From: Selaginella moellendorffii
Taxonomy: Eukaryota; Plantae; Lycopodiophyta
Reading direction: 5' to 3'
Assembly: GCF_000143415.4 (NCBI RefSeq)
Contig: NW_003314288.1
Coordinates: 820,642-884,641 of the forward strand
DNA length: 64,000 nucleotides
The notes beneath the pieces are model-generated. The model worked only from the letters and a program-made list of their open reading frames with translations. It was not told where the DNA came from and did not search any database. Below are positions 1 through 13,599 of this stretch, piece after piece. The translations under genes were made by a program, and so were the position numbers. Each line of letters begins with the position of its first letter. Within the stretch, counting starts at the first letter, position 1.

Positions 1-1126
1 TGCGACATACTCACCAGTTCCTTGGCAACGTCTTCCTTCCAGATTTTTTGAGCTTGTCGTGAGTGGTGACCTGCTTGCTCTCTCCTGTGACGACTTCTTC
101 CAGCCTCTGGTGCCCAACCTCAAGGCTCTCTTGTGGATGGAGCTAGCCCTACACAGTGTGTGTGTGTGTACCAACCAGCAGATGCACAAATCGTTGAGAA
201 TTAGCAACAAGTGTGTATCATAGGCTTAGTACGTAGTGTACTAGTGTACATGTACATGTGTTTCAGCTAAATATAATGGGACAAATACACCGAAGAAGTG
301 TGTATAAGAAGAGTAGAAACAAATTAAGAAATGTAAATTAAGAAGTGCAAAAGAAATGAAAATAAAAATTGTCCATCCTCATCAGTTTGCTGAAATTAAG
401 TTGGATTCAATTCTTCCACCTCCAAATATTGTGTGATTGAGTTGTAAGTTAATTAATAGTAGAAAATAAAAAAAAAACAAACATTGAAAAAATAGTGTTT
501 GATAATATCTTCTTTGCTTTTAGTTTTTTATTTTCAAAAGAAAATTAGTGGGGGAGTGCTGGTAAAGATATCTTTGCCGTTCATTGGTGGTTAATTAAAT
601 GAGCATGTTTAGAGATGTTTATAAGAGTTTAGCTCTGGACCAAGAGTTACCCGAAAATTAAAGTTCAAAATTTACTTTTTCCCTATTTGCACAATAGCTT
701 AAGCTAAAGTAATGTACTTACCCTTATTTTTTATGGGAAAATTATTAGTATTTTGGATTTGCACAAAAAAAAAAAGGGAGGATTCTTAAGTAATTTTCAA
801 AAACCACGACCAAATCTAAAGTGTTGGGATCATTTTATTTTAAGGGAAGTTGTTAAAAATTATTCCAGAAATATTCGAGAAGATCCTTAGGTTAGGGTTT
901 GGCGTGCCTGTGAAGAAGATCTGATCTCGCGGCACGGCCCGAGAATTAAAACATGGCAGCAGCCGCGGAGATTTATGAGGAGAGGAAGAAGCAGGTAATC
1001 CGATTTTAGGGTTGGAAGAGGAAACAGAGCTCTGGGAAATGGGGCCGATCAAGCTGGATCTGGGCCTGCTCGTGCTGTATCTTCACCAACAGGAGGAGGA
1101 AGCGGTGCCCATGGAGGGAGAGGTGG

Positions 1127-1410
1127 TTATGGAGTGGGAGGAGGGTGTGGGGTGGCTGGGGTTGGCTGCGGATCTCTCAGTCTGGCCCCGGGAGGATTAG
1201 GCCATGGTTCTGAGGCGGCTCGAGGAGGGGGTGCCCTGGGAGGAGGAGGCCATGGTTCTACTCTAGGAGGAGGATGCTGCAGTTCTTCTCTGGGAGGAGG
1301 AGGCCATGGATCATCGCCAGGAGGAGGCCAAGCCTCGGTGGGAGGAGCCGAAGCCACAGCGGGAGGAGTCCAAGCTGTGCCCGGAGGAGCCCAAGCCACG
1401 TCCAGAGGAG
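1127..1410 (-). repeat. Low-complexity Pro/Gly-rich repeat (WPPPP-type units); coding status unknown
   Basis: Recurrent GGAGGAGGAGGCCATGG-like units; minus frame reads WPPPP repeats; no recognisable domain. Confidence 0.35.
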
Positions 1411-1415
1411 CCCAA

Positions 1416-1600
1416 TGTTATAATCCAGCGCAAAAAAGACGGAGATCTAGTTGCCCTAAACTATGTTACATCACCTCTTAAAGTTACTGTGCACTATGAG
1501 CCCTAGAGTAGGTTAAGTCCCTTACCCTAACATGCTTTAATATACCTTTGAGCCTCCCTTTGACTGACGTTGACCACGTAGTTAAAACTGGTGCTTAACA
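1416..1600 (-). mobile_element. Solo LTR (185 bp) with 5-bp TSD CCCAA
   Basis: TGTTA...TAACA termini; CCCAA at 1411-1415 and 1601-1605; aligns to the LTR at 6189-6421 with an internal deletion of about 50 bp. Confidence 0.85.
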
Positions 1601-1619
1601 CCCAAAGTCGATCCAATTC

Positions 1620-2320
1620 GCAACATCAACAGGTACTTGATGTCTGGAGAGAGTGTTGGAACTGACTGGTTCCCTCTGGAGTGCAATATCTCCATCAGGC
1701 CCGGTTGGTTTTGGCACAGGAACGAGGCTCCAAAATCCCTGGAGCAGCTGCTCGACGTTTTCTACAAATCATCTGCCAGGAACTGCTTGCTCCTACTCAA
1801 CGTCCCTCCAAACTCGTCGGGACTGATCGACGAATCCGACTTCCAGACGCTGGAGTGGTTTAGCTCCGCCATAGATTCCATCTTCAGCATCAACTTAGCA
1901 GTGAATCCCTTGTCCATGACAGCAAGCAGCGTTCGCAGCTCTTTGTTTGGGCCGAAGCAAATCCTTGACAAGTGTATGGAAACTTTCTGGGCTCCAATGT
2001 AAGGGGAGTCGACCGGCTGGATCGAGCTTGATCTTGGCAAGGTCTCAAAGTTCAATGCACTGGAGATCCGAGAGCCAGTAAACATGGGACAAAGGGTCAT
2101 GGAATATCATGTCGAGGCATGGGACAGCGAGCTGGACTGGTACCTGGTGAGCAACGGTAGCACCATTGGTTACAGGAAAGTGGATTGACTGGAAGAGGAT
2201 CAAGAATGCGCTGCTTGCCTCGTTCGACTGCTGATTGATGCGTTGTGGGGAGATCCATTGATCTGCTTCTTTGGTTTGTACTTTGATATGTACAACCTCA
2301 GGCACTTGTCTTCTATTTAG
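1620..2320 (+). pseudogene. FUC1: Alpha-L-fucosidase 1-like (GH29) C-terminal fragment
   Basis: DWFPLECNISIRPGWFWH...RNCLLLLNVPPNSSGLI...FNALEIREPVNMGQRV...DPLICFFGLYFD matches the plant FUC1 C-terminus; in-frame stops at 2000 (TAA) and ~2186 (TGA); N-terminal half absent. Confidence 0.88.
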
Positions 2321-5300
2321 AAGAGAAACTACAAGAGGATATGTATATTTTCTGGATCGATAAGGTATGAGAAACATAGCTTTGGGTTGGAAATCCCTGG
2401 CCTGATCAATAACAGTCTCTTTGCATCACTCCTAACAGATTGGAGCCTAGAGAACAACCAAAAAAAATCAAGAGCTAGCCCTCTACCCTTTGAGCTCGTG
2501 GAAAGTACCCTTGCATGGAGGTGGCTGGTTAAACTTGAGAAGTTAGCTTGTCTGGAGGACCTCCTGTTGCTCCTGCTTCCTCACCACAAAATCACACCTG
2601 CAAACACATGTTCATACATTGAACTAGTACTTCTCAGATTTAAAAGCTTTGAAAATACATTTGTCAACGTGATGAAATGTTTTTAATTTATAAACACAAA
2701 AATATTCTAAATAAATATCAACAATTAAATTATAGAATATTCAAGAATACCCAGGTATATCCTATGTTGGTTTGTTTAAGCAAACCAAAAATATAGTGCC
2801 TAAATTGAAGAAATACTCAAAGGTGTAAATGACTATAACTTAACTGAAGCATAAAAGATAGGTATTGTGGAAAAATAAAGAATATATGTGTGCAAATACT
2901 AAACAGGTCATACACTTTGTGGGTGTTCTTTTGCAAATAGCCTGCAGAAAAAAAGCTATTAAAATAAATATTTGATTTGTAAAGAATACTTGATGCATTA
3001 AAAATATGAGATTATATAACACTTTTTCTCCATCTAGCATGTCATAGAGGACAAAGTAGCAATCTATTTAAATTATAACTCAATGTAGATTAAAATCACT
3101 AAAGGATGATCCTAACGAGTCAAAACAACTATTATACTTGTCTCAAAAAGCTAGCAATATTCTAATCTGAATACCAATCCTGGATTTGGAATGATGCTAG
3201 ACTGGAAGGTTAAAGGGAACTGAAGTATATCTCTAGTTGAGTCTAGTATTCCTGAGAGTTTAAGAATGATTAAGATTGTACTCCAATATGTTAGTTTTGA
3301 AATTTTCATATACTTATATTCCATGGTATTGGAAGAGAAGGGAATATATTGGTCATGAAACATTGAACAAGTGCTAGTTGCCATTGAAGAAGCAATATTG
3401 CCTATACAACAACATTATATATAAAACTCCACCCTGCAGAATAGAAAGAAAGTTTTCGAAAGGAATGGATGAGTAGGAAATGGCACTTGTGATATTTCTT
3501 ATTTCCAATGGGGAGAATTGTTTGGGATGTTGAGCATCCCTGATTGCTATGCTAGATAATATGTTTGATAACATATGTCAAACTTCTCATCATCAAATTA
3601 GTTAACTATCCTTCATTATGCATATATTAATTCCTAAAGCTCTCCAAGGATTTGGTTCTTGACAGATTATGGCATTGACTTTGCGGAAGATTTGATAAAT
3701 TTCCTTGTAAAATCGCCTTGCATACATGCTTTGCAAAGAACAATCCAGTCAACATAGATTAACCCCATCATAAAAGTGGGCCAATTGTCTTTAAACTTAA
3801 TTCTCTGTATCAACATCCAGTGAAGCCTTCGTAAATGCTAGCCATCAACGAATGGGCTGAGGCCCAGCTCCAGCAACATGCTGTGCAATGCTTCGCAAGC
3901 AGAGAGGATACCATATGGAACACAGAGAGGAGAACATATGAAGCATGTCGGGAGGCAACCAGGGAGATAGGATTCAAAAGGAAGGCAATGGGAACGAGCT
4001 ATCACCTTACTGCAATCAGCCCGTCTCCACCCGCGCCTCAAACGCAAGCTTTCCACACCACTACTTCCCACTTTAAACAAGAGCTCATGAGAGACTTCCA
4101 CGGCTCACTCTCACCGGCATGGTCTTGAGAATCTGGATTGCCACGCCTAGCATGGCACTGATGTGGAGCAGGAGCAGTGCAGTGCTGCTGCTGAAATTCA
4201 CAACAGCAGCATTGGATCTTGCATTGCTGACTATAGCAAACCCACTGCACTTAACATTCCAGATGCATGGGACACCACGGACTCATACGCGAGAGGCAGA
4301 GGACTATGCTCCTCATGAAGACTCTCCTATGCTCAATCCTCTGTGCGTCCCGCTCTCCATCCATGGGGGATGGGGCGGCTCACGGAATGGCTGGATATCA
4401 ACGATTGATCTTTGGGTCAACACATCAAAACAGAGAAGAATCAAGTCTGAACTGCTCTGAAGATGTTCTCCAGCATCACATAAGGCAATGCATCACTCAC
4501 AAGGCTGGACTGGCACGTAAATTCCGCAGCATGCATCCCTCAATTCATCTCCCCGTGGTTTTTACAACAAACGTTGCCCATGCAACTCCATCAGCTGGCA
4601 AAGGCATATTCTCCAGGACATCCTCGCCCTAGCCGTCCTAGAGCATCAACAATGCAGGTGTAGTGGTATTGCGAAGGGTCCAATCCCTTGTCAAAGCTCA
4701 TTGCCGTGAAGTAGCTTGCTTCCTTGACGAGCCCCAGATGGCTACACGCCATCAAAACGAGGGAAACGCTGCCTTGTCGGGATCAAAGCCGTGAAGAAAC
4801 ATCACCCAAAAGAGCTGGATCGCAGAATACGCATGGCCGGTCATGGCATATGCTGCTAGCATCGTGTTCCAGGAGACCAAATTCCAAGTTGGTATTCTAT
4901 CAAACGTCTTCTTCGCCTCACAAATATTTGCATCTAAAGCATATACCACGAGAATTGTGTTCCATGAATAGGAATCCCAGCAGCAACACAAAGAAAACAC
5001 TCGTATAGAGTCTTTGAAACAACCTCTCTGGGCATAAACAGTGATTATTGAGTTCCATGAAACAAGATCTCTGTGTGGCATTGCTTCAAACAATTTTTTT
5101 CCTTGATCAGCGTCACCTTTTTGCACATATGACTTGATCATAATCGTATGCTGTGCAGAGGCATCCTATCAAACAAACTCTTGGCTTGAATCAAATCCCC
5201 ATTTTGGGCATAGCAGCAGTGCATCGCCCCCCAGAGGATTGTGTTTCGGTGTACAATCTCCTGGAAGACATCCTCCGCCTCCTCCACGAATCCATTCTCC

Positions 5301-5423
5301 GCAAACATGACGAGCATCACCGCGTGAGTGATGGTGTTCTTCTCGGGCATGGAATCAAATGCGGCCTTCGCATCGCCACTCACCCGTGCTGCGCGAAACC
5401 CTGCACGAGGGTCGTCCACGCTA
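2190..5423. repeat. Segmental duplication, copy 1 (direct copy at ~56081-63082)
   Basis: Colinear similarity through the fucosidase tail, AT-rich spacer and PPR 3' half; copy 2 is interrupted by the Harbinger element. Confidence 0.9.
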
Positions 5424-5787
5424 CCACATTCGTCTCGGGCATCTGATCCAGCACCTCTCTCGCTTGCCCAATCTCTCCGCCATGAGCAAATCCCTGCAGC
5501 AGTGTCGCCCACGTCTTGCAGTTCCTCTCGGGCATCGCATCAAACACCGCCTTGCTTGATCCAATCTGCCCGCAATCACTCAGCGCCTTGACCATCACAG
5601 TGGAGGAAACTACGTCCCACACTGCCATTAGATCGAACGCTGCCTTGGCCTCGCCCGGATGCCCACTCTCGGCATACGCGGTCGCGAGCGCTGTCCACGA
5701 CGTGATGTTCTTGGCTGGCAATGCATCAAAGATCCTTCTCGATTCCTCCAAATGCCCACACCGCACGTAGACAACCAGTGTTTCCAT
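4540..5787 (-). pseudogene. PLS-class PPR pseudogene with E-domain end
   Basis: Tandem motifs such as VFDAMPERNxxxW and LVSWN; YTCIVDALG and KNHGEMN* terminus; spread over several frames (frameshifts). Confidence 0.88.
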
Positions 5788-6188
5788 ACATAATATCTAT
5801 GCTGATGACTTATGATTAGTAAACAGAAGTACAAGAGACTTGCTATAATGAAACTTCAAACAATTAAACACTGAATAGAGGAAATTGCTAAGCCAAAGTC
5901 CACCAAGATCATCACATTTATACTATTTATGACGCTAGCAAAAACAAACATAAACTACTTATCCTCCATTAATTCTATATTGCATGTTATGAAAGAGAGT
6001 GGAGGAGAGAGAATAGGAGGACTTTTGTTATTTGTTGGTGATAGAGAAGAAGCACAAGAAATAGAACTCCTATTATCCATAAATGTCAAAAGAGAATAAG
6101 AATGTTTTTAGCATATTATTGACATTTGGCACAAGTTCCAATGTTATGTCCCCATCCATGATATTCCTCACATCATGAACAACAATTG

Positions 6189-6421
6189 TGTTATGACATG
6201 GCATGAAAAGTCAACAATCTAGTCTTCCTGAACTAGATTACACCTCCTTTTGAAGTTCCTCACCGCCCAACCACCCCTGAGCTACCTCAAAAGGTCCTTT
6301 GCACTGCCGCTCCACAATGAGCCCTAGGGTATGTTAAGTTCTTTACCCTAACATGCCTTCATAAACCCTTAAGCCTCCCTTTGACTGACGTTAACCACAT
6401 GGTCAAAGCTGGCACCTAACA
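6189..6421 (-). repeat. 3' LTR (233 bp) of the gypsy element
   Basis: TGTTA...TAACA termini, preceded by the PPT on the minus strand; homologous to 1416-1600 and 39841-39950. Confidence 0.8.
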
Positions 6422-9400
6422 ATTTTTCCCCCCAATAAAGTCCTTGTCCCAAGGATGAGTTGTACCAGTTTTCACCCTTTCTGGGGAACCCTGCTCAAGC
6501 TCTTGATTCATCTTCCATAGCTGTATACATTAAGGAGGCATTGGGCCTGACACTTCGAGATAGTATACATTTCAACTGGCTAACATAAAATACTGGATGA
6601 ATTTTCACCCCAACTAGCAGCCACACTTGATAAGCCGCCTTACTGATGTGCTCCAGCACTTCATATGGGCAAACATACTGATGAGAAATTTTATCACTCT
6701 TCCCATTTTGCAAAGGCACTAAAGTGTTCCACTGTTCACTTGACGGAAAAATCACTCATATAAAGATGAGATACCCACTTTATATTCCTGGAATTGGCGA
6801 TACTTATTAGCAAATTTCTCCGCTTTATCCTAAGTTGCTTGCAAATTCTATTTGCACACTACCAGAATTTCATCAAGTTCCATGGCCAAATCAGTTGCCT
6901 TTGAATCAAGTTTTTCTTGAATATCCTTACTCAAATGCAATTCCAATTCCACGGCTCTTTGAGGATGCTTTTCAAACATGGCAAAGCAAAAACTTAGCTT
7001 GGTTCCACTGTGTTGACTATTGTTGTAAGCAAATTGCACCAATGAAAAATATAGATCCCACTGTCCTTGCCTTTGACTAATACTATAGCATAGCATATCC
7101 TCCACCACCTAATTCACACGCTTAGTTTGCCCATCTGTTTGAGGATAATCTCCACTCAAGAGTTTCAAAGTCATTTGCATAGCTTTTGCAAAGTTGTTTC
7201 AAAATCCACTAGTGAACTTTGAATCTCGATTGTTAACGATGTCCTCTAGCAAACCAAAATCAGAAAAAGCCTTCTCCAAGTAGACCGCAACCAAGTCTAA
7301 GGCAATGACACTCTTCCGAAAAGCCAACAACCACACATATTACGTCAAACGATCCACTATGACCCACACTTGCTTTTTGTGCCTCTGTGTTCAAGTGATG
7401 AAGTCCATAGAGATACTACACTAACAGCTCTGAGGAATAGGTAAAGGTTGCAAAAGTCCCTTCGAATTCTCCCATATCACCTTTACTCGTTGATAGAGCT
7501 CACATGACTTACAGTACTCAAGGATATCAACCTTCATATTCTTCCAATAGAAATTGTGCTTAATCAACTCATATGTCTTTTTCCCCCAAAATGACTAACC
7601 TCTGGACGATCATGATAGTGGAATAACACTTGAATAATTAACACATCCACCCATGGCAAATACACATGGCCATTGTAGTAAAGAATCCCATCCACCAATG
7701 AGAAAGGTGCTTCCATTTAGGCTTACAACGAGACCACCTCAACATCTTGAGCTTGAGCACATTCAACTAACTGCTCAAACTCATTAACCACCTTACCCAA
7801 ATGATGATAAAACTATGTTTGTAACATCGTCATATGCCAAACACGAGATAAAGCATCTGCCACCACATTCAATTTTCTTGAACGATGCTTAATAAGAAAC
7901 TCTCGTTCACAGTGTTGATGGATCACAAACTCTTTGTATATCTTTGCATATAGAAGGAGTTGAACACTAAACAAGCTCATTGGATGGTCAAACTTATGGA
8001 ATTTGACTGCATCATCAAGATAATGTTACCATGTCCATAAAGCATGAACAATGGAGAGTAACTCTTGTTCATATATGGAATAGCATTGCTCTGCAGGATT
8101 CAAAGTTCGACTCTCATATGCAATAAGCTGTCCCTCTTGCATGAGAACTCCTCCCAGTGTATAACCACTCACATCATATATCACCTTATAAGGTTTTGAT
8201 GGATCAACAATGTGAAGCACTGAAGCCTCACTCAACAAACGTTTCAATGCCACAAAATTATCCTCATGTGGTTTCTTCCACTCGAATGGCACGTTCTTAT
8301 GCAACAATAATGTCAAAAGAATAGCCACCTCTGCAAACTTATGCTAAAAATGTTAGTAGTAATTAGCCATACCAAGGAAACTGCATAACTTAGCCACTGA
8401 AGTTGGTGTAAGTTAGTTCTCCACCACAGCCACCTTCCTTGGACCCGTCTTGACACCCTTGGATGTCATAATATGGCCTAAATATTCCACCTCCGACTTT
8501 GCAAACTTATATTTGCTTTTTTTCACATAAAGTTTGTTGTTATAGAGTAATAAAAGAACCTTGCGCAAATGCACCTTATGCTCTTCCATATTTTTGCTAA
8601 AATGGACGTTAGTAAATTGGCTACGTCCTTGGCTCCAACGTAATCCCATGCTCCACACCTCGTAATGGAGGCAATTCATAAGGAAGTTTAGAGGGAAAAA
8701 CATCAGAGAACTCTTCGAGTATAATCTGCACTACTGCCTCTCCTCCACACATGGCTTGGTCCCCCAAGTCATGAACAAATAGTAAGTAACTCAAAAGTAC
8801 TTTTCCATTACGACAAGCTTGCTTCAAAGATGTAGTAGAGAGCATAACAATTGGAGGTTGAACTCCCTCTTTAAACCACACATCTTTAATGCCACCGTAC
8901 TCCAACGAGACACGTTTAATACTCCATTTTATCTTTGGATCCACCTTCACCAACTATGACATCCCAAGAATGAGATCCACATAATGAAGATCCATGAGAT
9001 AAAAAGTCTCCACAAATGTGGTTTTGCCAACCAACACTTCCAGCCCTTCTACACAAATATCGAAATGCCAAATAAAGGTAGCTGCACCTTCTACCATATA
9101 TGGAAGAACTTCTCATGTCACTAGGCCATGCTCCTCAACAAATTTTGTGGAAACAAAGTTGTCATCACTCCCCACTGGACTGCTATGGAACATGCCCTCT
9201 AATAAGTTGATGCACGAGTGTCCTTGACCTTCATCTTGTTCCACACATAGTTAAGTTGACAAGCAACAATAGAAAGCCTCCTCCTCCAACCGGAATGGTC
9301 GTCCTCGTCATCCTTGCACTGCAAAGTTTGCAACTTCTTAATATCTAACTTACCATTAGTAGAAGATTGGCCATTCTTGTTGCTATATTATTTGTTCTTC

Positions 9401-10122
9401 ACAGTGGACAATCAACTTTATAGTGTCCTAGCTCGCGGCAATGATGACAACTTTGTCTATAATTCTTCATAAAGAATTTCTACTTCTTTGATCCTTGTGT
9501 ACCCGAAAGAGCCACCATAGACTTCAACTTGTGATGTTTATTCCCATCTTAGTGTCCACAATAATCATCACGTCGATTCTCAATAGAAAGACTCATCGGA
9601 CGCTTGTGAAACTTATACTTATCATTGTCAAGTCGACGAGTAGCATCAAAGAGCTCCTCCAAACTCTTTATATGTTAAAAATGATGCAAGTGTTGTCGCA
9701 TGCTCTCACTATGAAGGCTATTAATAAAATAGGACTTGTTCTGATCTGGGTCTTTCATTGGAACACGGCTAATTAAGCAAGTCAACTTCTCAATATAGTC
9801 CCCAAGCTTCATTTTCCCTTGTTGAAAATGTCAAAGTTCAATGTGAGCATTCTCCACGTCATAGTGAGGAGCAAAACGTAAATGGAAAGCAACCTCAAAT
9901 TCATCCATTGTAAATACTAATGGTTTTTTATCCACAGCACAAGACTCCTCAAGCTAATTCCACCACCGAAGACCTATATCACACAAAACCATTGAAATAG
10001 CCACTAAAGCCTCTACATCTGGAATTCCTTTAGTAGCCAAAAATTTCTTTACATTAACTAGCCAAGTTAGACACTCATCCACACCACCATCACCAGAAAA
10101 GGTTGGAATCTTGAGTTGATCC
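6189..10122 (-). mobile_element. Decayed Ty3/gypsy LTR retrotransposon, 5'-truncated
   Basis: Gag (KIPTFSGD..WL..RWW), RT (EVEYLGHI), RNase H (IAYESRTL..YEQELL), integrase (FAYNNSQH, HPVFYVSQLK); PPT GGGGGGAAAAAT directly before the 3' LTR. Confidence 0.88.
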
Positions 10123-10139
10123 AACCTTTTCTTCATCAG

Positions 10140-11790
10140 CGAATGGAAGTGTACAAATTTGCAAGAGTGATCGGCAATTCCCAGTTTATTTTACTTCCTT
10201 TTCAGCCATACAAGCTTATTTATGCGTTGATGCTTGCTGAAGCTGGAAAGATAAACAAAGCTTTAAGGTTGGTAGTGATTTTTAATGGTATCCTTCGTTA
10301 ACACAAGGTTTCTTTTTGAAGGTATTGCCAAGCGGTGTTGAAAACATTGAAAACAGCGGGCCATGCAGCTGATGTGTGCAAAGAAGCGGCTGTAGCCTTG
10401 GAAGAGCGTCTTCATATCCACTCTCAGGTTTGTAAGTGGACACTCGGCTTTTATACTCACTTTCCTGTTATCCAGGGAGGCTCGACGTCAATTGTGCAAT
10501 GGTTTTTTGGCAATATTGGTCTACACATGATGATAGGCCCTTCGCCCCCGAAAGCTTCCGACAATGCTGATATTAATAACCATCCCACAACAGCTTCTAG
10601 TAGAAGCAGTGTATCACTTGCCTCATCAGCATCAATGGAACCCATAAGTGATAATACGAGAAGATCCAGCATGCCAGCGAGAAGCATTTCTGAGACTGAG
10701 TATAGGCCTGCACAGGTAACTCGACTTGCTCTTGTGTACCTTCGATTAAGACTTGTATTCTTTCATCAGATCGTTAGTCCAGTGAAAGGAACGCCAAACA
10801 GAGGCGTCTTTACTTCTTTCGTGCAAAGAGCGATGGGCTTCATAAAAACACCTTTGAAGGAGGTTTGTAGAAGCTTTGGAAAGAGTGCTAGCTGATTGAT
10901 GGTCGGGTATGTGATGCAGGCAAAGCTTGGCGACAGCAACAAGTTTAGATACGACGAGACACTGAAGCGCTGGGTTGGAGAAGGAGCCAAGGCACAAGCG
11001 CCAGACCTTCCATTGGCTCCTCCTCCCACGGCAAACAAGCTCGTCTCGCGCGTGGAGGAGAATAGCGCTCCTATTTCCATGTCTCCGGAGAGACCAGAGC
11101 CAACTCCAGAAAGGCCGCAACCGGTTGTGAGTGGAATCCCACCAATGCCTCCGAGCAGTAACCAGTACGCAGCCTGCGCACATCAAAACGTTAGATCAAG
11201 GTACCGTTTTGGTCATTCCCAGCACTCCAATCTCACGAGGTTTTTGCAGATATGTTGATACATTCAACAAAGGTAGCATAACACCATCCAAGACGTCATC
11301 GGACTCTCCTCCACTGTTTGGCATGGTGCCAAAGGCAAGCGCAAAGCCTTTGGCTCCAGCGAGATTTTTCGTGCCTGCGGCCGCTGCTGCTGCTGCTCCA
11401 GATATCAACAGCAACCATTCGGTGGATCCTTCCTCGGCACCAGCCTTTGTCTCCGACACAGCATTCTCAAACGGGAATGGAGCATTCGCTCAGCTGGTTG
11501 TACAGGATATGAGAAACGATCCGAAGCCAACGCCTGATCATCTCTCGAGCAGCTCTTCGCCAGCAATGTTCTATTCAAATCACTATCCAGCAGCACTGTC
11601 GACCATCTCGTTGCCGCCACCTCCAGCTCTGGAAGTCACTCCGCCAGTGATGGTCGAGCAGCAGCAGCAAAACCAACACCAGGAAAGTTCGATTCATCGG
11701 CACCACTATCAACAGTCCCGCACAGTGGGATTCGAAGCTGCCAGTTCCTCCGGAGTGTTTGGAGACGACTTGCAAGAGGTGGAATTGTAA
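10140..11790 (+). pseudogene. SEC16: SEC16/MAG5-like 3' portion, copy 1 (6 exons, 5'-truncated, spliced frame open)
   Basis: GNSQFILLPFQPYKLIYALMLAEAGK, AKLGDSNKFRYDETLKRWV, VRSRYVDTFN, DDLQEVEL*; GT-AG introns 10268-10321, 10428-10475, 10716-10769, 10863-10919, 11201-11249. Confidence 0.88.
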
Positions 11791-12008
11791 ATCACACTCC
11801 ACAAGTAAGTAGTGTTGCTGGGTGGATTTTGGTAGAGCAGTGTAGCGAAGTAGTAGTCGTGGAAGGAGGAATTTTTTTTGGCTGGGGTGATTCTTTGGAG
11901 CCACGAGCGAAACGAGAAAGCTCCTTAAAGTTGCTAGAGAAAGGAAACTCTTTACAAAGCAAAGGCCTTGTGATGAATATACCTCGAATAATCTCCCGGA
12001 TTTAAAAT

Positions 12009-12335
12009 ATGGCGCGCCTAGCTCAGAAGGCATCGTGTTGGTGGGATGAAATGCTGGTTGTCTACGCGCGGTGTGGGCATTTGAAGGAATCGAGAAGGAT
12101 CTTTGATGGATTGCGGGCCAAGAACATCGCATCGTGGACGGCGCTTGCGACCGCGTATGCCGAGAGTGGGCATCCGGGCGAGGCCAAGGCAGTGTTCGAT
12201 CGAATGGCGGTGCGGGATGTAGTTTCCTCCACTGCGATGGTCAAGGTGCTGGGCGACGCTGCTGCGGGGATTTGCTCGCGGCGGAGAGATTGGGCGAGCA
12301 AGAGAAGTGCTGGATCGGATGCCTGAGACGAATGT
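12009..12335 (+). pseudogene. PPR gene 5' half, broken at 12335
   Basis: Inverted paralog of ~5426-5781 with a ~70-bp internal deletion; ends abruptly at GAGACGAATGT. Confidence 0.85.
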
Positions 12336-13590
12336 AATCAATTGGCACTGCTCCTCTCAACACAAAGAAGGTCCAGGATGGAATAGCAAAAGAGATGTTG
12401 AAGATATGGAAGTCACACTCCTACCCAGGTTAAGTCAGAAAGAACCAGACCATCTGACAGAGGCATTACCTGATCGCTTGTCCTTCAACGTAGCGCATAA
12501 GAACAGTAATCAACAGTATAAAGGTGACTGTTCAGCTAGAGGTCTTTGGCCTAGGTGGCATAGAAATGTGGGAGCTTCGATCAAAGACTTATTGGATCTA
12601 CAAAGAGCTAGCAAGCCATCACTTACAGCAAAGTTCTTGTTGGGATCTTGTTTTTCTTCCTCAGCAGTGGACAAGGTAATACAATGAAAAAGGTAAAGTC
12701 AGGTATTTTTTTAACGTCCGCTTGGAGCAAACCCTGCTCATCGGATGGCCTCATGACAACCCATCACAACCCAGGATGAAAACTCCACATCAAAGCTTAA
12801 GGCAGCATTGCTTGTGATCGCCTTCATCTTGCTTTACAAACTGAAGTTATCGAGGTTCGTGATTGGATAATGCTTGATGGTGCTGAGACTCAAATCATCT
12901 TTGTTATGGAAACAACCCCATCACCTCAAGGTATTGTTTTCTATCCCCATAACAGTGGTGCACTGTTTCCATGTATAGTTCCCGAGGAGGTCCCAGTTCC
13001 CAGGATGGCCTTCGGTAAAAGGTTCAGGACGATACATCAGAGAGGGAAATACACTGAACTGGATCCTAAGGTTCAACTGGGAGAATGCTCTGCAATACAC
13101 TAGTTTGGGGAGTACCTATATCTGATCTTATATAGGATCCGGCTCAGTTATCCTGGGAAGGTAATGAGTTCAGTGTGTCTTTTTTATGTACAGGTCTAAG
13201 CATGGCAGAGAGCTTTTGATGGATAAAATTGACACCAAGTTTATGCGGAAGTTGAAGAATTGGAAGTACATTGTGAACATGTAGAAGACACTGGTGGAAG
13301 CTAAGGTAAGCTGGCTTCTTGTGCAGGACAGCATCCCTGTTGGTGATTGGCTCACAGTTCACAAAACTCTGTGTATTCTATGCAATGAAAACCCCGTGGA
13401 GATGCTTGAACACCTCTTCACATGCAAATTTGCAGTTGGTATTTGGCTCTTTGATCAGAGATTAGGTCCAGAATCAGCTGGTTCATCACGAAATACGGTG
13501 ACATTTTTCCCTCTGCTCCAACTGTGATGAACAGTAGCTGAGGAGAAAGAAGCTAGCAAAGCATCCCGCTAACAAAACTGCTAACTGTCT
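12336..13590 (+). mobile_element. Degenerate non-LTR (LINE-like) fragment
   Basis: zf-RVT-like CILCNENPVEMLEHLFTCKF..IW and an LGVPI-like motif; heavily deleted; inverted copy at ~38190-39407. Confidence 0.55.
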
Positions 13591-13599
13591 CACGTGACA

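Noticed and set aside
890-1012. Telomere-like TTAGGGTTT motifs
   Set aside because: Isolated single copies, not an array
1134-1481. Glycine-rich protein gene
   Set aside because: Low-complexity repeat running into a solo LTR; open in multiple frames and strands
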